A DNA stretch of 64,000 nucleotides from assembly GCA_965215005.1 (NCBI GenBank), contig CBDCCZ010000004.1:32001-96000 (forward strand), written 5' to 3'. The translations under genes were made by a program, and so were the position numbers. The DNA comes from Kofleriaceae bacterium. Lineage in GTDB: Bacteria > Myxococcota_A > Polyangia > Haliangiales > Haliangiaceae. A model generated the notes under the pieces. The model was not told the origin of the DNA. It was given only the letters and a program-made list of their open reading frames with translations, and ran no database searches. Of this stretch, positions 1 through 8,637 are shown piece by piece. The stretch's first letter is position 1. Every line of letters begins with the position of its first letter.

Positions 1-46
1 AGCTCGACGCCAGCGCCGCCGATCGCGCCGATCTCAGCCCCGGCTC

Positions 47-182
47 CGCGGCGTGGGCGATGCGTGGGCAGTAACGCGACTGCGTTCGCGCGCGGTGACG
101 CGGCGTGGGCGATGCGCGGGCAGTAACGCGGCGAGTGCGTTCGCGCCCGGCTCCGCGGCGTGGGCAATGCGTGGGCAGTTAG
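47..182. repeat. Three imperfect tandem copies (period 52-55 bp) of CGCGGCGTGGGCRATGCGYGGGCAGT
   Basis: Core starts at 47, 99 and 154. Confidence 0.75.
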
Positions 183-230
183 CATCGGCGCGCGCCGCGG
201 AAGGCTTTGCGGCGCCAATGAGCAATGTCG

Positions 231-255
231 CGAGCCGCGGAGGCTCCGCGGCTCG
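231..255. terminator. 11-bp GC-rich hairpin downstream of the minus-strand lipoprotein gene (terminator- or REP-like)
   Basis: CGAGCCGCGGA-GGC-TCCGCGGCTCG is a perfect inverted repeat; no clear U-tract. Confidence 0.35.
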
Positions 256-335
256 GTTCGGGCGATCAGTGCGGTGGACGTGGCCCGGTGCGGACCCGCT
301 ACCGAGCTCTACTGCGCCGTTGTCGGTTGCGGCAC

Positions 336-788
336 TCAGCTGTCGTAGCGAAACGCCGACCAGTTGCCGCTCTGCTTTTTGTCGGTGCCGATGACGACGG
401 TCTCAAAGGTGCCATCGATATTATCGCCGTCGACATTGCCGATGAAGATGGTCTGGACCTGACAGTTGCAGGACGGGTCGACGTACGAATCGATCTTGCC
501 ACTCACGTGGCCTTCTTCGACTTCGACGAAGCTTATCTTGAGCGCGTCTGGCGCTCCCTTGACGCCATCGGGGAACATCTTCACGTAGCCGTCGGCGGTG
601 TGTCGGCCGACGCCGAGGCTGAACTTGATCGTTCCCTGTCGTCCGGTCTCGACGCCCTTGTACTCGCCCTGCCAGTCGCCGGCCAGGAGCACCAGATCCT
701 CGTTCTCACCCTTCATCTGAATTGCCTGAGAGCCCCCGCAGGCGCTCATTAGTATCAAGATCGCAACAATCATCATCGCCCGCGTCAT
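336..788 (-). CDS. Hypothetical lipoprotein
   Basis: Signal peptide with lipobox (LMSAC), AGGAG RBS upstream, beta-rich mature domain. Confidence 0.8.
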   Translation of the reverse strand: MTRAMMIVAILILMSACGGSQAIQMKGENEDLVLLAGDWQGEYKGVETGRQGTIKFSLGVGRHTADGYVKMFPDGVKGAPDALKISFVEVEEGHVSGKIDSYVDPSCNCQVQTIFIGNVDGDNIDGTFETVVIGTDKKQSGNWSAFRYDS

Positions 789-1054
789 GGTTTGTCTCCT
801 TTGGCTGCGGTGTTCGGCGCTTCCGCTCTCCGTCGCTCCGCTCCGTTGCAGCTACACTTTTGCATCTCCGCTGTGAAAGCGATGTCGGGAAGATTGCACT
901 AAGCCGCTAAAATCACTCGTTTTTATGTAGGAAAGTGTGGTCGGATACAAATCAGCGCGATTTTGTCGTAAGGGCGACAACAGCGGCTGCAAAGACCGCC
1001 GGTGAGCGGGCTGGCGTGGCTGCAGACGAGCGCGTGCCGCGTTACCGTGACGCG

Positions 1055-1951
1055 GTGGATATTCTTTGTGCAGAGGCCGCTCGCGCGGCTGGCGAGGGCT
1101 TGGCTGGCACCGGGGTGCAGGCGCGGATTTGGCTCGCTCTCGAAGTTCCCGAACCCTGGGACGCCAAGCCTATCAAGAGCCCTTCTTTGGCCACGGTCCG
1201 GCCGCGGCTTGCGCAGTGGCTTGCGGCGGTTCCGGATAGCCGGCTGCAGCTCATCCGCAAGCCGGGCCGCGAACGCGCCGGCGCCCGCACGCTTTTCATC
1301 GGCGACGTTGGAGCACCGTCGCCGTGGCTAGTGCGCTTGTGTCTAACCGACTACGACGAGCTCAATCACCTAAACCTCGAAGCAATTGCCGCCGGGGACG
1401 AGCATCCCCGCGCTGAAGCGGTTCATCATCCGGTGCACCTCGTCTGCACCCACGGCAAGCGCGACCGCTGCTGCGCCAAGTTCGGAATGCCGGTGTTTAG
1501 CGCCATGGCCGCCGCGGAACCCGATCAGGTGTGGCAGACCAGCCACCTCGGCGGCCATCGCTTTGCCGCGACTCTCGTCTCGCTGCCGGTTGGGATGCAC
1601 TACGGCCGCGTCGATGAAGTCGCAGGTCGTCGCATCCTGGCCGATCATGCGCGCGGCACCTTGACGACGCTCGAGGCGGTGCGCGGCCGCTGCTCGCTGG
1701 CGCCGGCGGCCCAGGTCGCCGAGGTCGAGCTTCGCCGCGCGTGCGGATTCGATGGCCTCGAGCCACTCGAGCTCATAGCGCTGCAGCAGCTTGAGCAGGA
1801 GTGGCTCGTGCGTTTCGCGGTTGGCAGCAAGCGGTGGCTGGCGCGAGTCGGTAGCGATTCGTCGAGCGCGTTGCGCCCTGCCAGCTGCGGCGAGGCTGAT
1901 AAAGGATTTGGCTCTCTGCGTCTTCGCTCCCTGGCGCCGGAGCAAGCCTGA
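1055..1951 (+). CDS. Sucrase/ferredoxin-like (thioredoxin-like 2Fe-2S, Apd1/Aim32 type) protein
   Basis: Motifs LVCTHGKRDRCCA and SHLGGHRFA. Start could be GTG 935 or GTG 1055; 1055 follows a TACCGT -10-like box. Confidence 0.85.
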   Translation: MDILCAEAARAAGEGLAGTGVQARIWLALEVPEPWDAKPIKSPSLATVRPRLAQWLAAVPDSRLQLIRKPGRERAGARTLFIGDVGAPSPWLVRLCLTDYDELNHLNLEAIAAGDEHPRAEAVHHPVHLVCTHGKRDRCCAKFGMPVFSAMAAAEPDQVWQTSHLGGHRFAATLVSLPVGMHYGRVDEVAGRRILADHARGTLTTLEAVRGRCSLAPAAQVAEVELRRACGFDGLEPLELIALQQLEQEWLVRFAVGSKRWLARVGSDSSSALRPASCGEADKGFGSLRLRSLAPEQA

Positions 1952-1971
1952 GCCGCTCGTGCGCTCGGCGC

Positions 1972-2442
1972 CTAATTGGCCTTTGAAAGCGCTGCGAGCA
2001 GCAGCGTTCGAACCTCGGCGCCGATCCCAGGGCAGGTGCTGTGGCGAGGGCCGGCGACGTTGAGGGTGATGACCGACTCGGCGACGAGCCACGCGCGCAG
2101 CACCGCGGCCGCCTCTGCTTGGTGCAGCACCGCCAGATCGAGGTGCAAGAGCGGCCGGCGATGACGGTGCGCTAGCCGCTTGGTGAGCGCAGTGCCACCG
2201 CTGAGCTCACCGCGGGTGACGATGAGGGTGGCGTCCGACTGCAAGACGTTCTGTTCGGTGCGCGGAGCGTAGCTCGATGAGCTCATTTCGATTAGGCGAT
2301 AATGAACAGGAATGACGCCATCTTCAGCGCGCCTGCCCCGCGGGCACCAGCCGCCGTGGTCGAGGCCGAGCTCGATGGCTGCATCCAAGCCGCCGCGATC
2401 GGCGCCGGTTTGGCCGCCAGAGACGATCTTGTGTACCGCCAT
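1972..2442 (-). CDS. Putative molybdenum-carrier / YpsA-like SLOG family protein
   Basis: KIVSGGQTGADRGGLD, GGWCP, RTEQNV..SDATL and LNVAGPR motifs; start re-picked at ATG 2442. Confidence 0.85.
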   Translation of the reverse strand: MAVHKIVSGGQTGADRGGLDAAIELGLDHGGWCPRGRRAEDGVIPVHYRLIEMSSSSYAPRTEQNVLQSDATLIVTRGELSGGTALTKRLAHRHRRPLLHLDLAVLHQAEAAAVLRAWLVAESVITLNVAGPRHSTCPGIGAEVRTLLLAALSKAN

Positions 2443-2476
2443 GCGAAGAGCTTGGTTGGCGCTTTCAAACGTGAGC

Positions 2477-4258
2477 TCAGTCGGCGTACATCGTTTCGAT
2501 GCGGTCGGCGAAGTGTTCGCTAACTGCCGACCGCTTGACCTTGAGGGTGGGCGTGAGCTCGCCGTGCTCAATGGTGAAGTTGCGCGGCAGAATCTCAAAC
2601 TTCTTGATTTGCTCTACTCGCGCCAGCTCGCGATTGACGAGCTCGACGGCGGCCTCAATCTCGTTGCGCAGCTCGCGATGCTCGTTGATGGCCTTCGACT
2701 CGTCGAGATGATGATCCCGTACGAACGCAGCCGCGGCTTCCTCGTCCAGGGTTATCAGCGCCGTCAAGAACTTGCGCCGATCGCCTATCACCACCGCTTC
2801 GCTTATGTACGGGGTGTTCTTGAGGGCCGCTTCGATGTTCTTGGGCGCGATGTTCTTACCGCCGGCGGTGATGATGATGTCTTTCTTGCGACCGGTGATG
2901 CACAAGAAGCCTTCGTGGTCGAGCTCTCCCAAATCACCGGAATGCAGCCAGCCATCCTCGAGCGCCTCTGCGGTGGCAGCGTCATCTTTGAGGTAGCCGA
3001 GAAACACGTTGCGGCCTTTGACGAGGATCTCGCCATCGTCGGCGATACGCACCTGCACGCCTGGAATGGGCGGTCCTACGGTGCCGAACTTGGTGCGGCC
3101 AGCCAGATTGAAGCTGGTGGGGCCGGTGTCTTCCGACTGCCCATAGACCTCGCGTATGACGATATCGAGGCCGGCGAAGAACTCGAGCACTTCTTTGCTG
3201 ATGGGCGCCGCACCGCTTACGCACACCCGGGCGCGCGCGAGGCCGAGCGCAGGCTTAAGCTTGCTGATTACCAGCCGATTGGCAGCTAGGTATTGCGCCT
3301 TCAGCCCCAGGTCGAGCTGTTGGCCGCGGTTCTTGGCATCGCTCACGCGCCAACAGACCGACTGCACCCACGCCAGGAGGTGCTTCTTCGGCCCGCGAGC
3401 CTGACCTAGCTTACCGCGGACCCCTGCGTAGAACTTCTCCCAGATGCGCGGCACGCCGAAGACGACGGTTGGCTGCACCTCGCGGAGATTGTCGGCGACC
3501 TTGTCGAGCGACTCTGCGTAATGGATCGACGAGCCCACCGTGGTGGGGCCGTGGATGGTCATCATCTGCTCGGCTATATGTGAGAGCGGCAGATAGGAGA
3601 GCCCCACGTCGGTGGGCACGTTGCGCACCATACGCACCGAGGTATCGGCGGTCCACGCCAGGTTGTCGTGCGAGAGCATCACTCCTTTGGGCGGTCCGGT
3701 GGTACCCGAGGTGTAGATCAGCGTCGCCAGTCCGCTGGGCTCGAGAGCATCGATTCGCTCCTCGACTAGGCTCTCAGCGATGCTCGAGGCCTTCGCCATG
3801 AAGGCTTCCCAGCTCAGCACCAGCGGATCATCGATGGCTGGCGCTCCCTTCATGGTCACCACGTAGCGAAGCCCGGGCAGCTCGGCGCGAACTTGCTGCA
3901 CCTTTGCCCACTGGTCCTCGTCTTCTATGAGCAGCAGCTTGGCTTCTGCGTGGTCCACGATGTAGCGCAGCTCTTCGGCTGACGAGGTGGTGTAGACCCC
4001 TGCCGCGGCACCGCCGGCGCACATAGCGGCAAGGTCGAAGATGACCCACTCCGGGCGATTGAAGCCGATCATTGCGGCGCGATCGCCGGGCTCGAAGCCA
4101 AGGGCGATCATCGCGCGCGCGGCGTCACGGACCTGCTCGACGTACGCTTTCCAGCTCGTGCTGCGCCACGTGCCGTTGTCCTTGATAGAATACGCAGGCG
4201 CGTAAGGACGAATCCTTGCCTGCCTCATGAGCCGAGCCGGAATGGTGTCGACGCGCAT
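2477..4258 (-). CDS. fadD: Long-chain fatty acid--CoA ligase (AMP-dependent synthetase)
   Basis: IYTSGTTGPPKG AMP-binding loop, YGQSE, SGDLG, ITGRKKD, LTPTLK; start ATG 4258. Confidence 0.9.
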   Translation of the reverse strand: MRVDTIPARLMRQARIRPYAPAYSIKDNGTWRSTSWKAYVEQVRDAARAMIALGFEPGDRAAMIGFNRPEWVIFDLAAMCAGGAAAGVYTTSSAEELRYIVDHAEAKLLLIEDEDQWAKVQQVRAELPGLRYVVTMKGAPAIDDPLVLSWEAFMAKASSIAESLVEERIDALEPSGLATLIYTSGTTGPPKGVMLSHDNLAWTADTSVRMVRNVPTDVGLSYLPLSHIAEQMMTIHGPTTVGSSIHYAESLDKVADNLREVQPTVVFGVPRIWEKFYAGVRGKLGQARGPKKHLLAWVQSVCWRVSDAKNRGQQLDLGLKAQYLAANRLVISKLKPALGLARARVCVSGAAPISKEVLEFFAGLDIVIREVYGQSEDTGPTSFNLAGRTKFGTVGPPIPGVQVRIADDGEILVKGRNVFLGYLKDDAATAEALEDGWLHSGDLGELDHEGFLCITGRKKDIIITAGGKNIAPKNIEAALKNTPYISEAVVIGDRRKFLTALITLDEEAAAAFVRDHHLDESKAINEHRELRNEIEAAVELVNRELARVEQIKKFEILPRNFTIEHGELTPTLKVKRSAVSEHFADRIETMYAD

Positions 4259-4395
4259 GGAGCCTCGATTCTCTGCGGGAAGCGACGAGGGTAGAGTTAT
4301 TCCAGTGGTCCACGGCGAGAGTCGTGAGCCACCTAGAAGTGGTAACAATCGGACGAGAAACGCCGGAAGGAGCTCGAGTAGCGGCTCTCGGCGTA

Positions 4396-4884
4396 TTAGG
4401 CTTTACGTCGGCGCATCGGCATTACGGCGCCGGTCGAGGACGCTTGCGAGCCAGGATAGTAGCGCGTGGCCCGCCGATTGCCCTCGGTAATGACCTCGCC
4501 GCTCTCGATGAGCTGCTTGGCCGGAAGCGCCAGGGTCTTGGTGTCGGAACCAAGTGCGCGACCGATGGTCTCCATGTTCTCGCCCGGGTGAGAGTGGATG
4601 AAGTCGAGCAGCGCGGCTCGCGCGCCCGCGATCTCTTCGCTACTGCGCTTACCGCCGCTGCGCTGCCGCACCTTGGTTGGAGCAGGAGCAGCGGCAGCGG
4701 CAGGACGCTGGGTTGCTGGCGGAGACGCCGCGGCGCCGGCGCCCCCGAGCGCTGAAGAAAGCGCTTCGATGGCGGCCTCACGGGCGAGCTCCGTGATTTC
4801 GCCGACGAACTCCTCGACGCGCTCGTTGATGCGTCGCTGAAGTTGCTCGAGTGAATTGGTGTTGATGCGTTTTGAGTTGGCCAT
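4396..4884 (-). CDS. Putative DNA-binding protein: N-terminal helical region, Ala/Pro linker, C-terminal winged-helix-like domain
   Basis: C-terminus LLDFIHSHPGENMETIGRALG...KQLIESGEVITEGNRRATRY resembles a wHTH; start ATG 4884. Confidence 0.7.
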   Translation of the reverse strand: MANSKRINTNSLEQLQRRINERVEEFVGEITELAREAAIEALSSALGGAGAAASPPATQRPAAAAAPAPTKVRQRSGGKRSSEEIAGARAALLDFIHSHPGENMETIGRALGSDTKTLALPAKQLIESGEVITEGNRRATRYYPGSQASSTGAVMPMRRRKA

Positions 4885-5150
4885 GGGTCGCTTTGCGAAG
4901 ATGCGGAAAAGCAGCGCCCCGAGGAGCGCGCTCGGCAACAGCGCGGCGCATCATAGCCGAAGAAGTTCAATTTGCGGGGATCGCGCGACCAACACGATGT
5001 TGCGGCCAATCAGAGGTCGCTACATGGATTCTGCCGCCGCGCGGACCCAAATCTGTCGCTAGAGCTCAGTCGTGGCCAGTGATCCTCTGAGCTCGGGTTG
5101 CGCAGCGCGAGGAGGTTTGCTGATCCGATGAAGCAGGGAAGGGGAGGAAG

Positions 5151-5594
5151 GAGAACCGAGAGAGAAAGGGTCGTGCGACCGCCACCGCCGGGAGTTTGCG
5201 ACGGCCGCACGACCGAGAACCGAGAGAGAAAGGGTCGTGCGACCGCCACCGCCGGGAGTTTGCGACGGCCGCACGACCGAGAACCGAGAGAGAAAGGGTC
5301 GTGCGACCGCCACCGCCGGGAGTTTGCGACGGCCGCACGACCGAGAACCGAGAGAGAAAGGGTCGTGCGACCGCCACCGCCGGGAGTTTGCGACGGCCGC
5401 ACGACCGAGAACCGAGAGAGAAAGGGTCGTGCGACCGCCACCGCCGGGAGTTTGCGACGGCCGCACGACCGAGAACCGAGAGAGAAAGGGTCGTGCGACC
5501 GCCACCGCCGGGAGTTTGCGACGGCCGCACGACCGAGAATCAAAGGGGCCGCGTGACCACCGCCGCCGGGAAATTAACGGCGACCACGCGACCG
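5151..5594 (-). repeat. Tandem array: six identical 64-bp units (5151-5534) plus one diverged unit; each unit is a 46-nt hairpin plus an 18-nt linker
   Basis: Unit GAGAACCGAGAGAGAAAGGGTCGTGCGACCGCCACCGCCGGGAGTTTGCGACGGCCGCACGACC starts at 5151, 5215, 5279, 5343, 5407, 5471; diverged copy from 5535. Confidence 0.97.
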
Positions 5595-5661
5595 AAATCA
5601 GGTTCGAGAAGACGCTTCTTCGGCGCAGCAACGAGCCGCGAGCCACCGAAGACGACCCTGC

Positions 5662-6651
5662 TTACATGCGCGGGCCCGCATCGGGGTGAGGTTGCGCTGC
5701 CGGCGAGGAGGTATCAAAGACGCCGGCCAGCGCCGGAGCACCCTGGTCCCAGTAGTTGAACCGCATATCGCCGTTGCTGTTGGTGCCGATCTGAAGGATG
5801 TCGTTGCCCGGATCGTTGCCCATGAAGTTATTGCGTTGAAAGACGGCGCCGTCGGTGGCGCCGATCATGACGCCGTAGATGCCAGAGATGATGTTGGAGT
5901 TGGTCACCGAGACCGCCTCGGCGCCACCGATGTGGAGATCGCAGTGCTCGTAGCTGCCCTGCGCCCCGCCGATCTCGGAGTGATCGATGGTGAGGCGGCC
6001 GCCGCTGGCGATGACGAGGTCGTGGTCGGAGGTGATTAAATAGGTGTCGGTGATGGTTAGATCGCCGCCGGCACGCACTGTGACGCCGCCGTTGGCGAGC
6101 TCAACGAAGCTCGATTTCTCGATGCTAGCCACCGATTCGGCGATCAGCGCGTTGCCGATACTCGAGAATTCGGCACGGCGGATTGCGCAGGTGAGAGCGC
6201 CTGAGTGGCAATAGAGCAGCGATGCCACGTCGCTGCCGCGAGCATGCTCGATGGTGACCGCACCGCCAGCTTCCGCGACAATGCCTCCCCAGGAGATTGC
6301 TCCCGCCGCCGGCTCCATCGTGACGTTGGCGCTCGCGTCACCCGCCACGACGAGGGTGCCCAGCACCCGAAGCTTGGCACCGTCGGCGGCAGTGAAAGCC
6401 GTTCCCGCGGCAATCGTCACCTCGACGCCGGCGGCAATGGTCGCGTCAGCTGCCAGCTCCACCGCACCCGACCAAGTCGTCGAAGAGGTGATCTCGCCGG
6501 CGATGCCCGAGCCAGCATTGGGCGTTGGCATCGGAGTCGGTTGGCCCACGTCCCCGCCGGGGGTGGGGGCTCCGTCAGACACCGGTGACGTGACCATGCA
6601 CGCGCCGGTGAGAACCGAGAGAGCAAGGGCTGCGACGGAACTGGTGTGCAT
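5662..6651 (-). CDS. Lipoprotein with right-handed parallel beta-helix (pectin-lyase-like) repeats
   Basis: Lipobox LTGAC, Pro/Thr linker, Gly/Asn-rich repeats ending NNF...NYW; start ATG 6651. Confidence 0.75.
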   Translation of the reverse strand: MHTSSVAALALSVLTGACMVTSPVSDGAPTPGGDVGQPTPMPTPNAGSGIAGEITSSTTWSGAVELAADATIAAGVEVTIAAGTAFTAADGAKLRVLGTLVVAGDASANVTMEPAAGAISWGGIVAEAGGAVTIEHARGSDVASLLYCHSGALTCAIRRAEFSSIGNALIAESVASIEKSSFVELANGGVTVRAGGDLTITDTYLITSDHDLVIASGGRLTIDHSEIGGAQGSYEHCDLHIGGAEAVSVTNSNIISGIYGVMIGATDGAVFQRNNFMGNDPGNDILQIGTNSNGDMRFNYWDQGAPALAGVFDTSSPAAQPHPDAGPRM

Positions 6652-6941
6652 CGCCGCCCTATAAAGCAACCGCTGTGCCTCGCCTAAGTAGCCGTAAACG
6701 TTGCAGCACCTACGCGTTTGGTGGGAGTGAAGGCTCCCATCCGGGGCCGCACGTTCCGCCGGTTCGAGTCCCGGTGCTTCCCGTACGCAAGCGCGGCGAT
6801 GCAGCGCCGACCGCGGCCGGTGCGCGCTCGCCCGCCCGCGTTCGAATGCGGCTACCGCGTGCCGCGCCCGCGATCTCGCCGCTCGTTTTTGCGTGCTCGC
6901 GTGGCTGCCGTTGGCCGCTGAGAGCCATTAGGATGCGCCGC

Positions 6942-8219
6942 ATGGTGAGAGCCCGGGGGCGCGCGTTTTGGTCGGACACACTGGGGCCGGGGCTGCTGTT
7001 TGCGGGAGCCGCGGTGGGGGTGTCGCACTTGGTGCAGTCGACTCGAGCGGGAGCCGAGTATGGCTTCAGCTTGGTGCTGATCATCTTAGCGGCCAACCTT
7101 CTCAAGTATCCCGCCTTCGCCTTCGGTCCCCGTTATGCGGCCGCGACTGGCACCAGCATTTTGGAAGGATATCGCCGGCAGGGGCGCTGGGCCCTGGTGC
7201 TCTACGCCATCTTGACCGTAGGCACCATGTTCACCGTGTTGGCAGTGGTCACGGTGGTCACGGCGGGGATCGCCAAGGCGCTGCTAGAGCTCGAAGCCAG
7301 CGTTGCGTGGATCTCGGCATTCCTCTTGGTCGCCGGTAGCGTCACCCTCGCGGTGGGGCGCTATCGAGTTCTCGATCGCTTCATGAAGCCGGTGGTGGCC
7401 CTGCTAACGATCATGACGGTCACGGCCGCGGCGCTGGTGGTGCCAACGATCGATTGGAGTGAAATCGCGCTATGGCCGACCACCTGGAACCACGCCACCT
7501 CGAGCTTCGTTGCGCCGCTCGTGGGCTGGATGCCCTCGGCTGTGGACGTCGCGGTGTGGCACTCGCTGTGGACCCTGGCCAAGCGCCGCGATTCCCACCA
7601 CGCGCCGTCCATCGCCGACGCAATGCTCGACTTCAACATTGGCTACATCGGCACCGCGCTGCTGGCGATTTGCTTCCTCGTGATGGGGGCGGGACTTCTG
7701 TATGGCACCGGCCAAACCGTGCCGGTTGCGGCGGGTGCCTTCGCCAACCAGGTCATCGATCTATATGCAACCGCGCTCGGTGGCTGGAGCCGCTACCTCA
7801 TCGGCAGCTGTGCGTTGGCGGTGATGATATCGACGACGATCACCGTGCTCGATGGCTTTCCGCGAGCGCTGGCCGGGTTGGTGGAGAGGTTTCGCTGCGC
7901 CGAGGTCGCCGATGCCGATGACAGTGAGCTGTCTCGCCGCGCCTACTGGGTGGCGGTGCTGGTGCTGTCGGCCGGCGCGACGGTGATCCTGTTTTACGTG
8001 CAGGGCCAGGACTTCAAGCGGCTGGTCGATCTAGCGACGGCGCTGGCGTTCCTCACCGCGCCGGTGCTGGCGATACTCAACCATCGCTCGGTGTTCGCAG
8101 GCTACATTCCCGCCGACCGCCGCCCCGGAGCAGCCATGCGCGCGTTTAGCTTGGCGAGCATCGTGTTGCTCATCGCCTTCGCCATTTGGTGGCTGGCCAC
8201 CACCTACCTCATGAATTAG
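6942..8219 (+). CDS. NRAMP/MntH-like divalent metal cation transporter
   Basis: LGPGLLFAGAAVGVSHLVQSTRAGA..G N-terminus, GWMP motif, about 11 TM segments; start re-picked at ATG 6942. Confidence 0.85.
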   Translation: MVRARGRAFWSDTLGPGLLFAGAAVGVSHLVQSTRAGAEYGFSLVLIILAANLLKYPAFAFGPRYAAATGTSILEGYRRQGRWALVLYAILTVGTMFTVLAVVTVVTAGIAKALLELEASVAWISAFLLVAGSVTLAVGRYRVLDRFMKPVVALLTIMTVTAAALVVPTIDWSEIALWPTTWNHATSSFVAPLVGWMPSAVDVAVWHSLWTLAKRRDSHHAPSIADAMLDFNIGYIGTALLAICFLVMGAGLLYGTGQTVPVAAGAFANQVIDLYATALGGWSRYLIGSCALAVMISTTITVLDGFPRALAGLVERFRCAEVADADDSELSRRAYWVAVLVLSAGATVILFYVQGQDFKRLVDLATALAFLTAPVLAILNHRSVFAGYIPADRRPGAAMRAFSLASIVLLIAFAIWWLATTYLMN

Positions 8220-8371
8220 TTCGCCGGCCCACAAGTTTTTGCCAGACCGTCCGATAGCGAGGGCGCGACTCGAGCGAGTCGTCGACCCAAGGCGGTCGAT
8301 GCGCGGTGCTCACAGCCTGGCCCTCGTGACTGCCGCCGATGAAGTGAGACTTGTACGAAGGCGGCCCGTCC

Positions 8372-8581
8372 ATGAGTCAACGCAGTCATTCCCCTTCCTT
8401 GCCCGTTGCAGCGGAGCGAAGATCTTCTCCCTCGAGCGAGCTTCAAGACCTTCGCGTCGATAGCGTCGACGCCGATGGTCGCGTCGTTCTGCGGTTTCCC
8501 GGCGGTTGGACTCTTCAGCTCGAGGTCTCCGCCGACGCTGCTGCCGCTTACCGAGCGCTGCTGCGCCGCCGTGCTGCGTAG
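8372..8581 (+). CDS. Small hypothetical protein
   Basis: Plausible 69-aa ORF filling the gap between co-oriented genes; no recognisable motif. Confidence 0.35.
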   Translation: MSQRSHSPSLPVAAERRSSPSSELQDLRVDSVDADGRVVLRFPGGWTLQLEVSADAAAAYRALLRRRAA

Positions 8582-8637
8582 CGTGTCGCCGTTGTCAGAC
8601 ATGCCGCGTACCTTCGGCGCGCTTGGGAGGCATTCTG

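Noticed and set aside
5151..5594. CRISPR array
   Set aside because: Units are identical end to end with no unique spacers, and no cas genes are present in the window.
5010..5759. Overlapping ORFs of 150-195 aa across the array
   Set aside because: Artefacts of a stop-free 64-bp repeat that cycles through all frames.
6723..6783. Canonical tRNA gene suggested by GGTTCGAGTCCC
   Set aside because: No D-arm, irregular T-stem, only about 60 nt and no CCA; kept only as a structured-RNA candidate.
8372..8581. IS66 TnpA-like fragment (VVLRFPGGWTLQL)
   Set aside because: Superficial resemblance only; no tnpB/tnpC or terminal inverted repeats nearby.
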